Part shown: positions 1 through 11,714 of the stretch, piece after piece
Position numbering within the stretch: position 1 is the stretch's first letter
Layout: each line of letters starts with the position of its first letter
Assembly (NCBI GenBank): GCA_000934665.2
Contig: JYFJ02002256.1
Coordinates: 1-60,304, forward strand
Length of the DNA stretch: 60,304 nucleotides
Source: Catajapyx aquilonaris
Taxonomy: Eukaryota
Direction: 5' to 3'
Position numbers and translations under genes: made by a program
Notes under the pieces: generated by a model
What the model saw: only the letters and a program-made list of their open reading frames with translations
Databases searched by the model: none
What the model was told of the DNA's origin: nothing

Positions 1-171
1 AATGCCGCAATGCCCTCGGGGTATGTCTGGAGACCGTACAAGGGGATATGCCCTCGGGGGGTGTCTGGGTGTGGTGAAGTGCCGTCACTTACTCTCTCTG
101 GATTTCTATAAGGGACAAACATCCAAACTCACAAACTCACAAACTCACAAACAAACGAACTAAAATATAGA
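1..171 (-). mobile_element. Helitron-like non-autonomous element, 5' end (truncated by window edge)
   Basis: (ACAAACTC)n microsatellite followed by ...aaaatataga|t, which reads as a 5'-TC start on the minus strand. Same layout as the complete element at 33316-35454. Confidence 0.4.
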
Positions 172-308
172 TTAAGATGAACTGTCGTGAGATGAGGAAC
201 ATTTTGGTGGCAACGGGTTTAACCTAGATTGTAAAATTAAAATGCCAAAAAAATCGCATTATATTGTGCCAAATGGACACATTTCATATGGTCCAATGTC
301 ATTGTTAA

Positions 309-705
309 ACACATGCTAAGCGTGTGGAATTAATATGCTAGGTACAGTGTCATCTGATCATTACTACTGTAGAGGACAACATCACAGGTCAAGCAGTCTT
401 GGAAATAATAAATCCTGAAATGTCTGTTTTCCACTAATTTGGTCATCTTTGGGGTAATTTTTCTCAATGTGGAGCTGGGTTTAAGTTACCAGAAGCGTCT
501 TTTCAGGCATAGCATAAGAAATGTTTACTTACCATAAATGGTTCACTCGCAACATCAAATAACGTGGAGTAGCTTATAGAGGGCCTTTCCGGACATTTCA
601 TGATTTATTATGCCCAAGACTGTTTGACCAATGCTGTTGCTCTACAGTGGTAATGATCAGATGACAATGTATCTACCATATTAATTCCACACGCTTAGCA
701 TGTGT
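309..705. mobile_element. MITE with ~75-bp TIRs and TTAA flanks
   Basis: acacatgctaagcgtgtggaattaatatg... is inverted at ...catattaattccacacgcttagcatgtgt. TTAA at 305-308 and 706-709. Confidence 0.75.
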
Positions 706-767
706 TTAACTTGTTTTACTTGCACTTAAATTGTCTTAAATGTTAACACCAAGTAACATTTACAAGT

Positions 768-1000
768 TCAGCATTTAGTGAAAAACCTTTTTCTATACTT
801 CTTTTCTGCAAACTGAATTAATAACTTGTCAAGGCACAGTGTTTCAAGTTTATCACTTTCGATTGAAAGCACAGACTGTGCAGACAATCGTTCCTGCTTC
901 ATTGTAGCACGGAGTTCTGATTTCATTAGTTTAAGTTTTGAGCAAGTTCTTTCATCCTTGCAATTGGTTGCAAAATTGCACAAATACATTCTTAGAATAA
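768..1000 (-). pseudogene. hAT transposase C-terminal dimerisation-domain fragment
   Basis: LRMYLCNFATNCKDERTCSKLKLMKSELRATMKQERLSAQSVLSIESD...FAEKK matches the ERxFSxLKxxKxxLRxTMxQxRLxxL pattern of hAT/ZMYM1-like proteins. Confidence 0.8.
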
Positions 1001-1001
1001 T

Positions 1002-1325
1002 GTGGCGCCTTTTCGGCAGGGCGCCTTTTCGGCAGGGGCACATTTTCGGAAGGGGCGCCTTATTTTGGGCAGGGCGCCTTTTCGGCAGGGCGCATTTTCT
1101 CGGCGCCCCCTCCGTGATTTTAGCCCCCCCCCCCTCTGCCGTTACGCCACTGATAGAATTAGCAAAGCAGTGCATAATAATATATTTTAAATTAATTAAT
1201 TAATTAATTAATTAATTAATTAATAATTTTTCAATATATCTAGTGCAGAGCCCAAAATTTTGCGCCCCTAAAACTCGCGCGCCCCAAGCCCGGGCTTGTT
1301 GGGCTTGTTGGTTAATGCGGCACTG
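1002..1325. mobile_element. hAT-type terminal fragments with short tandem subterminal repeats
   Basis: (ttttcggcagggcgcc)-like units at 1004-1108. Termini ...gttacgccactg (ends 1152) and ...taatgcggcactg (ends 1325) are CAGTG-type TIRs. Confidence 0.55.
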
Positions 1326-1344
1326 GGGGTGAGGTCGGGAGACC

Positions 1345-1748
1345 TTGGCGGCCACTGGAGAAAAACCTGATCTTGCTGACCGGCATGTCCGATCCGCCGA
1401 TCCTTGCCCTTGCAAAGGCATCCCGTCGTCTGAAACTTCTGGAACCACCGTTGAATTATTGTAGGGAGGGGCGTAACGTCGTCCGTACTGTCGCCGGAAG
1501 GCCTGCTGAACAGTAACTAGCGACCCAAGCTTTGCAAACTGCAGGACATGGAACGTTTTCTGTTCGGGAGACACCATTTTGTGGAGTGGCCCTGTGTGCC
1601 TCGTGGCAAAGTGCGGAACCAACTTTTCGGTGTGCAATAAAAACTCCCAAATGTCCTCTTTCGTTCTATGTATGTCTTGTCATTGCACACCGCAACTAAT
1701 AGAAACTAAGCAACTTTCAAAAGTTGACAATCATTTAGGGACACCCTG
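1345..1748 (-). mobile_element. Tc1/mariner element 5' end with frameshifted transposase N-terminus (DUF4817-type HTH)
   Basis: TA|CAGGGTGTCCC terminus at 1748. From ATG at 1577: MVSPEQKTFHVLQFAKLGSLVTVQQAFRRQYG..., then after a frameshift RWFQKFQTTGCLCKGK. Confidence 0.8.
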
Positions 1749-2500
1749 TATTTGTGTGTAATATGGGTGTGTGGGTTTGAGCTGTATTACGGAGTCATCA
1801 TTCAACACTAAATAATCCACATGGGGCTTCTTCGATTGAGGATCAATTACCTCACCTTGTCGACACTTATATGTGCACTTTATCTCCAGAAGAATCATTT
1901 TGTCTTTTAGAATGCCATCGGGTGAACAGCACAACCAATTTTGCCCATCACACACCACTGTCCCCACAACATGAACTCTTCCATACTTCTGCTCGTACAG
2001 CTCCCGTGCGACACCTTCCATCTTCAGTCCATAGTTCACGGCTGCCACTCTGACCTCTTTTACAAAAATGAAATGATGTACAAGCTTCTCCCTGTGAGTG
2101 GTTCCCTGCCTCTTCATTGCAGAACTGATTTGGTGTGCTTTTGTGGCACTGATCCTTACTTTTCTCTCCATGTGCCACAAAAGGCTGTACGACTGCATGT
2201 GTGTGTTCAGGCAGATCTCAACTTGTCTATTTCGGGGTGCATTCACACGGTCACTAAAGAACTGCCTCTCCTCCTCCGTGGCTGGTTTAATACCACGGCA
2301 TATTTTCAACTTTAAGCCTGATACTGAAGTTTCTGCCACTTCTGCCGCATTGTATTTGGGAAGTACCGTTGTTGCTTGACAAATCTTGTCCATAAGCTGG
2401 TTCACTGCAGTGTCATGTTCAGTATTCACCACAGTGTTAATCACATCCATCAGGATATTTTGCACGTCTCTCATCACTTGCGTCTTCACCTCTGCAGCCA
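1749..2500 (-). pseudogene. YqaJ/lambda-exonuclease-domain gene fragment, transposon-derived
   Basis: Motifs WHMERKVRISAT, YGLKMEGVAR, WLCCSPDGIL, LLEIKC and HPYYTQIQG of the YqaJ family. The C-terminus is cut by the mariner insertion at TA 1749-1750. Confidence 0.85.
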
Positions 2501-2909
2501 ACATGATGCCTAGCAATGATTCTTCAGGCAGCTGCGCTGATGTAAGGTTCATTGGTGGAGATGGCAACCTGCATGCGTTGATGTTTGGAGCTGGTGCTAA
2601 AGCCCTCATTTTCTACACAGACTCCGGCAACCAGCGATGCAGGCATGCACGGGGGATCCATACTTGTCAGGATACACATAGTCGACGTCAACGTCGTAGC
2701 TGGCCAATCGGATCCATGCCATGCTCCTTCCATACGCACCCCCTACCCTAATATTTTGGCAGATGAATTCATGAACACACTGCATAATTATGGTACAGCA
2801 CAACTGCAATAATTATATAGTGGTTCTTACGTGATGGTCTGATGCAAATCCCATCCAACATCATAAACCAATATCATCTTCTCCAAAATGACCACAGGCT
2901 CTTTAAATA

Positions 2910-3329
2910 CAGGGTGGATCCGCTAACTCTGGCAAAAATCACAGGGTGGGTAGAGGCCCCATAGGCAAGTATTTTGAGCTTCGGTACCCATGTCCAGAAA
3001 TGCCCCCGTACGGGGGTACGGCCGTTTCCACCTTTGGTCTGTTGCGCCTGGTGGGTAGGCAACACATCGTACTCGAGGCTTGCGTTCATCAGTCGTTCAT
3101 CAGGTTTTGCACTTGGCACTCGCAATTATAGCGAGTGTCAAGTGCAAAACCTGATGAACGCAACCTTTAAGTACGATGGGTTGCCTACCCACCAGGCGCA
3201 ACAGACCAAAGGTGGAAACGGCCGTACCCCCGTACGGGGGCATTTCCGGACATGGGCACTGAAGCTCAAAATACTTGCCTATGGGGCCTCTACCCTGTGA
3301 TTTTTGCCAGAGTTAGCGGATCCACCCTG
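2910..3329. mobile_element. Fold-back Tc1/mariner-type MITE
   Basis: TA|CAGGGTGGATCC...GGATCCACCCTG|TA. Arms of about 205 bp meet at a 7-nt loop (3124-3130). Confidence 0.9.
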
Positions 3330-4022
3330 TATGAAGACCCGAAGTGTAGAGCAAAATAATGAGAAATCAGAGTCACTTTTGGTCCAGAATGAGTTAGGCA
3401 TTGCTTAACATAATTATAGTCCTCGAATGGTATTGAGCGATATAGTAATTCCGTTATTCCTGAAAAAAGCTAATTCCATAAGGGAAGATGGACTTTTCAA
3501 ACTGTCATATATCTGAATGTCAAATATAACTTTGATCATTCTACATACATTTCACGTCTTTATATGGATTGTACAGTAGTTTATTATGGCCGCGCCCGCC
3601 GCGCCACGGGAAACTATATTTTATTCGTAGGACTAGTAGCACGTGGCATGTAGGGCGCGGTTAGAGCTAAAGACAAAATCGGATGTTTCACCTTGATAAA
3701 TGATAGGTCTGAGACCTTCCATATTTCCACAATGTAGGCCTACTCTTGTCAGGCGTTCTATTATCTTCCAAACTGATAAGTGCATGCCTTAACATCCCTC
3801 ATCCTTTTAATGTATTGACCCGGATATGACCTGGGGTATTGTGTTCGCACCAAGGTCGCTTCAAGCGAATTTTCAAAATTCGCCGAAGCATCAGCTGCAG
3901 TCCAACTAGTCAGCTGTCCATCTGCTATTTGCTCATTTTAATGTATTCCTGACGCATGTATATCAAAACATGAGCCTTATGATAGTCCCGTGTAAACTGT
4001 TGGTGGCGTCAGTCGAGAGACG

Positions 4023-4154
4023 ATGGCCGAATACACGATGGATAGTATGGTGACCCCTGCAGGTGACCTTCAGGCACCTCAGGCACACTTGAACTGGATT
4101 GACTTTTTGGTCATCGCGGGATATTTTGTGTTCGTCATTGCTGTTGGACTGTGG
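4023..4154 (+). CDS. SLC5A: SLC5 exon 1
   Basis: MAEYTMDSM...[20 protein letters not shown]|gtgagt. The start could instead be a downstream ATG. Confidence 0.85.
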
Positions 4155-7100
4155 GTGAGTTCCTCATCACTCCTCATAGCACTGCATTAGGAAATGAAGT
4201 CTATTATGATAAAACTAGTAGCGAAGCCCGTTCTTCGCACGGCCTGTTTCCATGGTTTGATTCCATGGAGACCCGTCGCCTTGGACACACAAACAGACAA
4301 ACTTTCCTTGTTGTAAGATTAGCAGGGTACCCGTTCTTCACACGGGAATTGATAAAGTTATTGAGTAAATGGAAGAAGTTCATAAAATATATTATGCATG
4401 GTTATTCACTGAGCTAAGTCAGCCATGATGTGCAATGTTCCTGGTTCACGGCAGTGATGGCTTTGAACATGTGTCACATGAGTATGTCATCTATTGGCCT
4501 AAATAAGTGTGTACAGCAGCCAGAATTTTAATTAATTTATGGCAGGGCACCCGTTCTTCACACGGTGATTGCTAATGAAAGAAGTTTGTAAAACCTGCAT
4601 ATACAGAGTGTTCATGAATTCATCTACCAAAATGGTATGGGTGGTAGGAGGTGCGTATGAGGTAGAGGCAAGGCATCGGCCCGAAAGGCCGTCGACGCTA
4701 CGTCTTGGAGATGTCAAAAGTCGTCGTCGGTCTTTCCGACTCATGCCTTGCCTTTACCATACGCATTCCTTACCACCGGTATCATATATTTTATAGTGAA
4801 CTAAATCAGAGGGACTGTAAATGCTCTGCGCTCACGGGAGTGCGGGAGTGATGCTGGCTTCGCACATGTCACATGAGCAATACCTCTTGTGGCCCGAATA
4901 AGGGTGTGCAGCAGGCAGCAGCTAGTATTATTTTCATGAAATTACATTACGAAATTACAAGGTGTGCGGCAGTGTACTGTACAGTACATCTAAAACTGCA
5001 GATCACAGCACATCATGACCGACAGACGACAACTCCGTACAGAACATCTGCGCCTAACTCTGATGCACATTTCTGTCCGAGCAGGCATATACCTGATGGG
5101 TTCACAGAATTACAGAACTCATTAATATAATAATTACACCTTTAACAAAATCGTCTTCCACTGACAAAATAATGAAGTCCTGAATATCCTGAATCTCCTG
5201 AAACGGCACTCACCTTGGTCTTGTATATTACAATGCGTACGAAACACATTTCCATAAGTTAGGCTGCGATGTAAAACATTAGTAGTAACAGCAGCTGTGT
5301 CAGACAGTAACAATGGCACAGGTGTGTAAGTGATGGCTGATTCATAGTGTATCTCATCATCATATCTTTGCAAATACAAACTCATGCCCCTGTAAAGAGG
5401 AGACCCTAACAGTGCATGTGAAGATTCTTGTAATATAAACTCAGAATATATTGTGACTATAATAATTATACCGAGGATACTAATAACACCAACGTTTCTC
5501 TTTTCTAGTCGTCTCGAAGCAGCGGCAACAGTGGCATAAGCGGGTATTTTCTAGCCGCACGTCAAATGCATTGGATTCCGGTATGTCGCAATTTTGAAAG
5601 AATGGACGGCAAAAAAGTAGTACCTCCAAATATGGATTCCTTTGTTCTTTCATATTCTAGACATCTAGGTGATTCTCAACCTGGGGGTCGCGAAGCCTTT
5701 TCCGGGGGGTCGCGCATGGCCGCGGTAATTTTTATAAATGAAAAAGTTACTAAATTATTGAAGAAGAAAAAAAAAATCACAAAAATTTGATAGGATATTT
5801 CATCACGAAGGTTTTTTTGAACACCTACTAATCTAGAGAGATGCATAATCGTCATCGAATGGCACAAACAATATTCTATTTTGAAAACCGTTTCAATTTG
5901 GGAAGAAGGTGATGATTCTAATACATCCTTCAACTCAAAAATGTCGGAAGTATAATTTTTACCGTCCATTTATTATGGCACTATTCACCCCTGCTGATGA
6001 ACTTATGAATAGGTAGGTGCATCGCTGTTTGCATCAAATATTGGCAGTGGGCATTTTATCGGATTGGCCGGATCTGGAGCTGCCACGGGAATAGCCATTG
6101 CAGGATTTGAACTGAACGTAAGTATAGCCTGCAATTTAAACGAGTACCAGTATTTGAAATGATTGGGGAGGGTATTTCAGCAGGCAAACTTCGCCTTTAA
6201 TTATAACGCAGTATATTATACTAACAAGTTGGAGCTGCATGAACAATCCAAGTTTGTGTTGATTAACCCTGTAATGCGACTAATGCCACTAATCTAAGTA
6301 ATGCCCACTGGGTCATATCTGGCACACCATTTAGTGCAATTTTTGCAACTTTTGCAATTTTTATATTTTCTGTAAGTGTGCCAAATTGCACTAAATGGTG
6401 TGCCAGATATGACCCAAGGGGCATTACAGGGTTATGACGTGGTAGTTTTTAGTACTTAATTTTATTTCGAAGAAAACAAATGTAATTAGATCTAGAGGAC
6501 TCATTCATCTTTGTACCATGATTGAAGGCTCAAGTTGTTCTTCTGATTCTGGGCTGGCTGTTTGTACCGGTATACACTGCCTCAGGAGTGTTCACAATGC
6601 CAGAATATATGAAGTTGCGTTTCGGAGGACAAAGAATCCGGATTTATCTAGCAGTTCTGGCGTTGCTCATCTACGCATTCACTAAAACAGCGGTAAGTTA
6701 TCAAAGAGATTTTCTACACTGGCATACTATTGTATAATTTAAATATTTTTATTGCTGCCACCAGGCCGATCTGTATGCTGGAGCTATATTCATCAAGGTT
6801 GCACTCGGATTCTCCGGAGACGAAGGACTGTATTTATCTGTGCTCATATTACTGGGCATTGCTGGCATCTTTACAGCGGCAGGTGGATTGACCACCGTTA
6901 TCTGGACAGATTTTGTGCAGACCATACTTATGATTGCAGGAGCTCTTGTTCTTATGGCAATCAGTACGTAGCCTATACTGTTTACATCCTGAACTATAGT
7001 TGAGTATGTAAATACAGTATGATATACTGTATAATACAATATAATACTGTATATACGTACAGTATTATCCCCCTCAAAATACACTCGTAAAAAACGCGCC

Positions 7101-10100
7101 AAGTCGTCTTTCGAAAAAACCTGTGAGATAATGTCTGGGAGCCAAGCCTTGTCCATTCCTTGTATCCTTGTATATCCATTGTATTAAACCGCGTATCTCA
7201 TTGTTACTCGATCGTGCACATGAACCAAGTCCGGCCAAGTCATCTCACTTAGCTTATAGCCTAGAAGAAAGGCTTGGCTCCCAGACACTATCTCACAGGT
7301 TTTTTCGGAAGACGACTTGGCGCGTTTTTTACGAGTGAGTTTTTGAGGGGGATCTAGAAGAGAAGGGGCTAGTCCGGGTCAGTGGCAGTGGACGTGGCTT
7401 AGACTTGGCGGATGCACTGCCGTGCATCTTGATATTGTTGTTTAACTCTATAGTTTACTCTACCGGCGGTTGCATCACTGAAGGTAGATCGTCGACCGAG
7501 GTGCTGTTTGCTGATATAATTTGCATGCAACTCATATCATCTGTCGACGACCTACATTCATGGTGACTTGATTGCTGAATATGTTCTTCGGGTCAGTTCC
7601 CACCTCATTGCTAATAATGCTATGCAAATATGAGATGATGCAGTAGGCTATCCCTATTGAACTGCCACTGTACAGTGCCGGACAATGCTTTAATTTGAAG
7701 TATGGTCAAGTAGGCTTACTGGAAATGATATTCATTACTACCTGATAACAAGGTGGCACAAATGGCGGGGTTCATAAGCCAGGTTAACCCAGAACCAAGG
7801 GTTGATGCCAGTTGATTAATATAGGATTCAATACATGCCCAGTGTTGACCATCGTGGACCTATACTACTAGTAAGTGGTGTCATGTTGACTTCCCAAAAA
7901 TGTTTGACATACCGGTATGTCGGATTTCAGAGAGGAAAGTGTTTTGGATAGATGAAAATACTACGCAGAATACTGGTTATCTATAGCCTTCACTATACAA
8001 GCTGCTTCATGTCTCTACACACAATAATACTCTTACAGTGCATTCCAAATATCCGGGCCCTTTTAGCTATCGCAAATTTCACCCGTAATTTTCGTGTATC
8101 TTGTGAGCCTCGATCAAGGTACCAAATTATTCCCAAATGTGGTAGAATATAGCAGCTGCTATATAGATAATTCTGTACATTATGCATACTACTCTACTTG
8201 TACGTATATATTATAATCGTAGGACACCTTGATCGGGGCGCAAAAATCTACACAAAAATGACAACTCGATGCGAAATTTCGATAACACTAAAAGGACCCG
8301 GATATTTGGAACACAGCACTATTTATTTTCTGTTTGTGTCTCACTATAGGCCTACCTCAAATATACCCAAATATATTATCTAAAAGTGACTTCATTTGTT
8401 GTAGCTTTTGTGGAAGTTGGAGGTTACTCGGAACTGCTTCGTCGTTACATGTCTCTACGCATCCATGCTGATGACCCAATAAGTAATGGGACTTGTATCT
8501 CCAACATCCCTCCTGCAGATGCCCTTCACCTTATAAGGGGAATCGACTCGGATATGCCCTGGCCCGGACTCGGCGGACTGACCGTGTCTGCTCTGTGGTA
8601 CTGGTGCTCGGACCAGGTCATAGTTCAACGCACCATGGCTGCCAAAGACATTAGCCACGCAAAAGCCGCATGTGTATTTGCCGGAATCTTAAAGCTCCTA
8701 CCATTGTTCGCACTGGTATTGCCTGGCATGGCCGCACGTGTCCTGTTTCCAGCCCGGATAGGGTGTTCTACACCGGACACCTGCATCAAAACGTGTGGTT
8801 CACCTGCAGGATGTACCAATTTGGCTTATGCAGAGCTGGTCCTCCGTCTGATGCCTGCTGGCCTCAGTGGTCTCATGCTGGCTGTCATGATGGCAGCCTT
8901 AACCAGCTCTTTGACATCCGTATTTAACTCGGCCTCGACTGTGTTTACAATGGATTTGTGGAGACGGTTTCGTCCTAGAGCCAAGCAGGTGGAACTACTT
9001 CTGGTCGGAAAGTGTTCCGTGATTGGGCTAGTTGCTGTCTCGGTCCTTTGGGTCCCTGTTATCCTGCGACTACCATCGGCTCAGCTCTTCGTTTACATTC
9101 AGCAGGTGTCCAACTTCTTGGCACCCCCAGTTGCGGCCGTGTACATAATGGCGATACTGTGGTCTAGAGCAACTGAGCCAGCGGCATTCTGGGGTCTGGC
9201 AGTTGGGTTAGTGCTTGGAGGGGCAAGGTTTGCATTGCAGTTTGGCTTTCCTGCTCCAATTTGCGGGGAGTCTGGAATGGAATTGGAGACGAGACCCGGA
9301 TGGATTCGGACTGCACTGGATATGCACTATTTAAATTTCGGCGGGCTATTGTTCCTGGTCACACTGCTCATCATCTTTGTAGTTAGTCTTCTAACCGAGC
9401 CTATTCCATTGAAACATGTAAGTCTTTCCGATGGACATGTGATGGTTCCAAAGTGCCCATTACAATAATTGAATCGCTTTTTATAAGAAGGGAACAAGTC
9501 CAAAAACCTTACTTTGGACTTGTTCCCTTCTTATAAAAAGCGATTCAATTTTGAAACAGTTAGGGTAAATGAAATAAGTTATGACGTTCGTGACATGGTG
9601 ACATCACGAGACAGAGCAAGAGTGAACATTTATTGCATTCCAGAATTTGTTTCGTGTCATTATTATTAGGAATAGAAGTTAGAATGATGAAGGAAGGTGG
9701 AATAATAGGAGCAACAATAATGAAAAATGTCATGGTGTTGCTATATGTGGTATATATTATACTACAGTAGTAAAATCAGAAGTGAAACACTAAAATGCCT
9801 CAGGAACATTTGAAGGCCACCAATTGGAATGTCTCCACGCTGGTAGAGTGGTAGGTCTTAAAAGTTCCTTCGAAAACACCGCATCCAGGAAATGTGGCAA
9901 TACGCACAAAACTTAAACTAATTATTTTACAGCTCTTTACGTTACTATCCATGCATGGATGGGCGACACGGTGGCCGAGTGGTTAGCGCCGCAGCCTTTT
10001 GAGCCCCAAGTTCGAAACCGGCCCGGGTCGGACGGAGGATACTTATGTGCATAGAGGTTCGATGAGTTCTCTCCGTGTTCGCGAGGGTTTTCTCGGGGTT

Positions 10101-10210
10101 CTCCCGTTTCCTCCCACAATCAAAATCCATCACAGTGCAAGGAATGATTAAAGTATGGTATTTAAAAGATGATCCCCTAAGAGGCCAAAGGAGGCCTATC
10201 ACGGGGTATC

Positions 10211-10282
<72 letters not shown>

Positions 10283-11714
10283 CCTACTATCTATGCATGG
10301 ATTTTCATGCTCTGGTTAATAATCCGAGCAAATCCTTCCGTTTTCATTCCTAATAATACAACACAAATAATTTTGGCAGAGCACAAAATCTGGTCTATCC
10401 TAATTACGTACCGTACATGATTTTTTTTTGTAAGTGACCCACGTAGTTTTTTCAAAAAACACGGGAATTTTGGAATGTCATAATTATGTTATTTTTGGTG
10501 CGTACCCACAATCATTAGGTATGTTTCTTCTGTTAGTGAAGAAGGGGTATCGAAAAAATAATGATGATCCACACAATCCTGTTTTTGCCTTCTCAGAAAC
10601 TAGGGTATATTCATCACATATCGGTATGAAAATTATTGCCCATTTGCATTACCTTTCTCCACATTGCCCGTAGGCAAAGACACTTTAAATGGTGGTACGG
10701 TATGTTTATGCGTATATTTTTCACAATTATCGAAAGTGTGCCCAGCTTGTCATGATCAGAGACTGTCGAGATTCATTAAATTAGGCTACAGTAGGTGTAG
10801 TAAATATTTGGGGAAAAGGGGTGCAAAAACAAGCGAGAAATTCACATTAAATATTGAACATGCAGTTTTGTACAGTTCATGCTGAACTGGTATGGTTTTG
10901 TCGTTTTGTGCATAAGCTTGATATTCTTTTGGCGCCACCAGTTTGCCACGGATAGGGAAATGAAAGTGGGCATCCCTGAACTGGCGAACGGGCTCTAAGC
11001 ATAAAATCTATGTCACGTTCGAATGGAATTTAGCAGCAGGCATTTAAAACATTTCGTTGAGGGATATCAAATATTTCCGAGGCATCAAATGTGGGATCTC
11101 TTTTATGGCAAATGCTTGAACAACAAAGTAAAGTAGCCTATACCGTTTTTTTGCTTTAGGACAGGCAATATCGCTAGTTGGCATCTGAAGAAATGATAAT
11201 AGGAAGAAAAGTGGGGACATTACCTTTTCACAGTATTATTCTTTGCATCTTTTTAATTTTTTATTATTGAACTAACACTAATGGTCGATTGAACCTCGTT
11301 AACTGTTCCCCACACCTTGTTAAGAACTCTATGAGTAACAGAGATCCTGAACATTCGCAGCAGCACCGATTGACGTTTTGGACCCGCAAAAGTCTGCAGG
11401 TTCGAGAGCCCCTGGAAGATGAAGAGCAGGAAGAAGCGACGCTCGCTGAGCCGACGTTGAAGACTAGGTCTTGTTGGAAGCGAGTACTTCTCGTGTTCTG
11501 TGGTCTCCGCAACGCCGCTGCTCAGCAGGACGAAGAAGACATCGGCCGTGGTCATCAGGAGGAGTCGACCAGGAAAACCAGATTGACCCCTGAGGAAGAG
11601 GCTCGGGTAGCTTCTAAGCTATTGACTGAGGATCCCTTTTGGAGGAGGTCCGTGGACACCTCAGCCGTATTATTGCTCACATTGTCTGCATTTGTGTGGG
11701 GATTTTATGCTTAG
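4023..11714 (+). CDS. SLC5A: SGLT-type sodium/glucose cotransporter (SLC5 family), 7 coding exons, ~679 aa
   Basis: Exons 4023-4154, 5509-5580, 6013-6117, 6528-6692, 6765-6963, 8405-9417 and 11361-11714. All introns are GT-AG and phase-compatible. Motifs [74 protein letters not shown]. Confidence 0.95.
4215..4800 (-). mobile_element. Head-to-tail array of short Helitron-like units
   Basis: Three copies of the hairpin cccgttcttc(g/a)cacgg at about 4227, 4330 and 4550. The first two follow ctag/ttag (CTRR on the minus strand). The same hairpin occurs at 33328-33344. Confidence 0.6.
5509..5580 (+). CDS. SLC5A: SLC5 exon 2
   Basis: ttttctag|[24 protein letters not shown]|gtatgt. Confidence 0.9.
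6013..6117 (+). CDS. SLC5A: SLC5 exon 3
   Basis: [35 protein letters not shown]|gtaagt. Confidence 0.93.
6267..6431. mobile_element. piggyBac-like fold-back MITE
   Basis: TTAA|CCCTGTAATG...CATTACAGGG|TTAT, with an internal inverted repeat gggtcatatctggcacaccatttagtgcaa. Confidence 0.7.
6528..6692 (+). CDS. SLC5A: SLC5 exon 4
   Basis: [16 protein letters not shown]...FTKTA|gtaagt. Confidence 0.93.
6765..6963 (+). CDS. SLC5A: SLC5 exon 5
   Basis: [10 protein letters not shown]...[14 protein letters not shown]...|gtacgt. Confidence 0.93.
7067..7353. mobile_element. MITE with ~83-bp TIRs
   Basis: atccccctcaaaa...gggagccaagcctt is inverted at aaggcttggctccc...ttttgagggggat. Confidence 0.75.
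8036..8320. mobile_element. Degenerate pogo/Tigger-like MITE
   Basis: cagtgcattccaaatatccgggccctttt is inverted at aaaaggacccggatatttggaacacagcac. Confidence 0.55.
8405..9417 (+). CDS. SLC5A: SLC5 exon 6
   Basis: FVEVGGY...[12 protein letters not shown]...[11 protein letters not shown]|gtaagt. Confidence 0.95.
9467..9550. repeat. Perfect hairpin with ~38-bp arms
   Basis: aattgaatcgctttttataagaagggaacaagtccaaa, a short loop, then tttggacttgttcccttcttataaaaagcgattcaatt. Confidence 0.9.
9961..10284 (+). mobile_element. tRNA-derived SINE with V-domain-like core and (TAT)n tail
   Basis: A box tggccgagtgg and B box gttcgaaac. Core ttctctccgtgttcgcgagggttttctcggggttctcccgtttcctcccaca. (TAT)n tail. 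18-bp TSD tactatc(c/t)atgcatggat. Confidence 0.85.
11361..11714 (+). CDS. SLC5A: SLC5 exon 7 (last)
   Basis: cgcag|[11 protein letters not shown]...[34 protein letters not shown] acceptor. Confidence 0.9.
   Translation, partial: QHRLTFWTRKSLQVREPLEDEEQEEATLAEPTLKTRSCWKRVLLVFCGLRNAAAQQDEEDIGRGHQEESTRKTRLTPEEEARVASKLLTEDPFWRRSVDTSAVLLLTLSAFVWGFYA

Noticed and set aside
1731..2609. Prophage or endogenous virus suggested by the YqaJ domain
   Set aside because: No other viral genes are present. YqaJ domains are known cargo of eukaryotic DNA transposons, and the flanks are TE fragments.
2874..3300. Paired similar ORFs on opposite strands (also 32976/35493 and 21041/21376)
   Set aside because: They result from palindromic MITE arms and are not genes.
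9961..10030. tRNA gene (also at 18981, 48203 and 52478)
   Set aside because: A/B boxes are followed by a SINE body, tail and TSD. No complete cloverleaf is evident.
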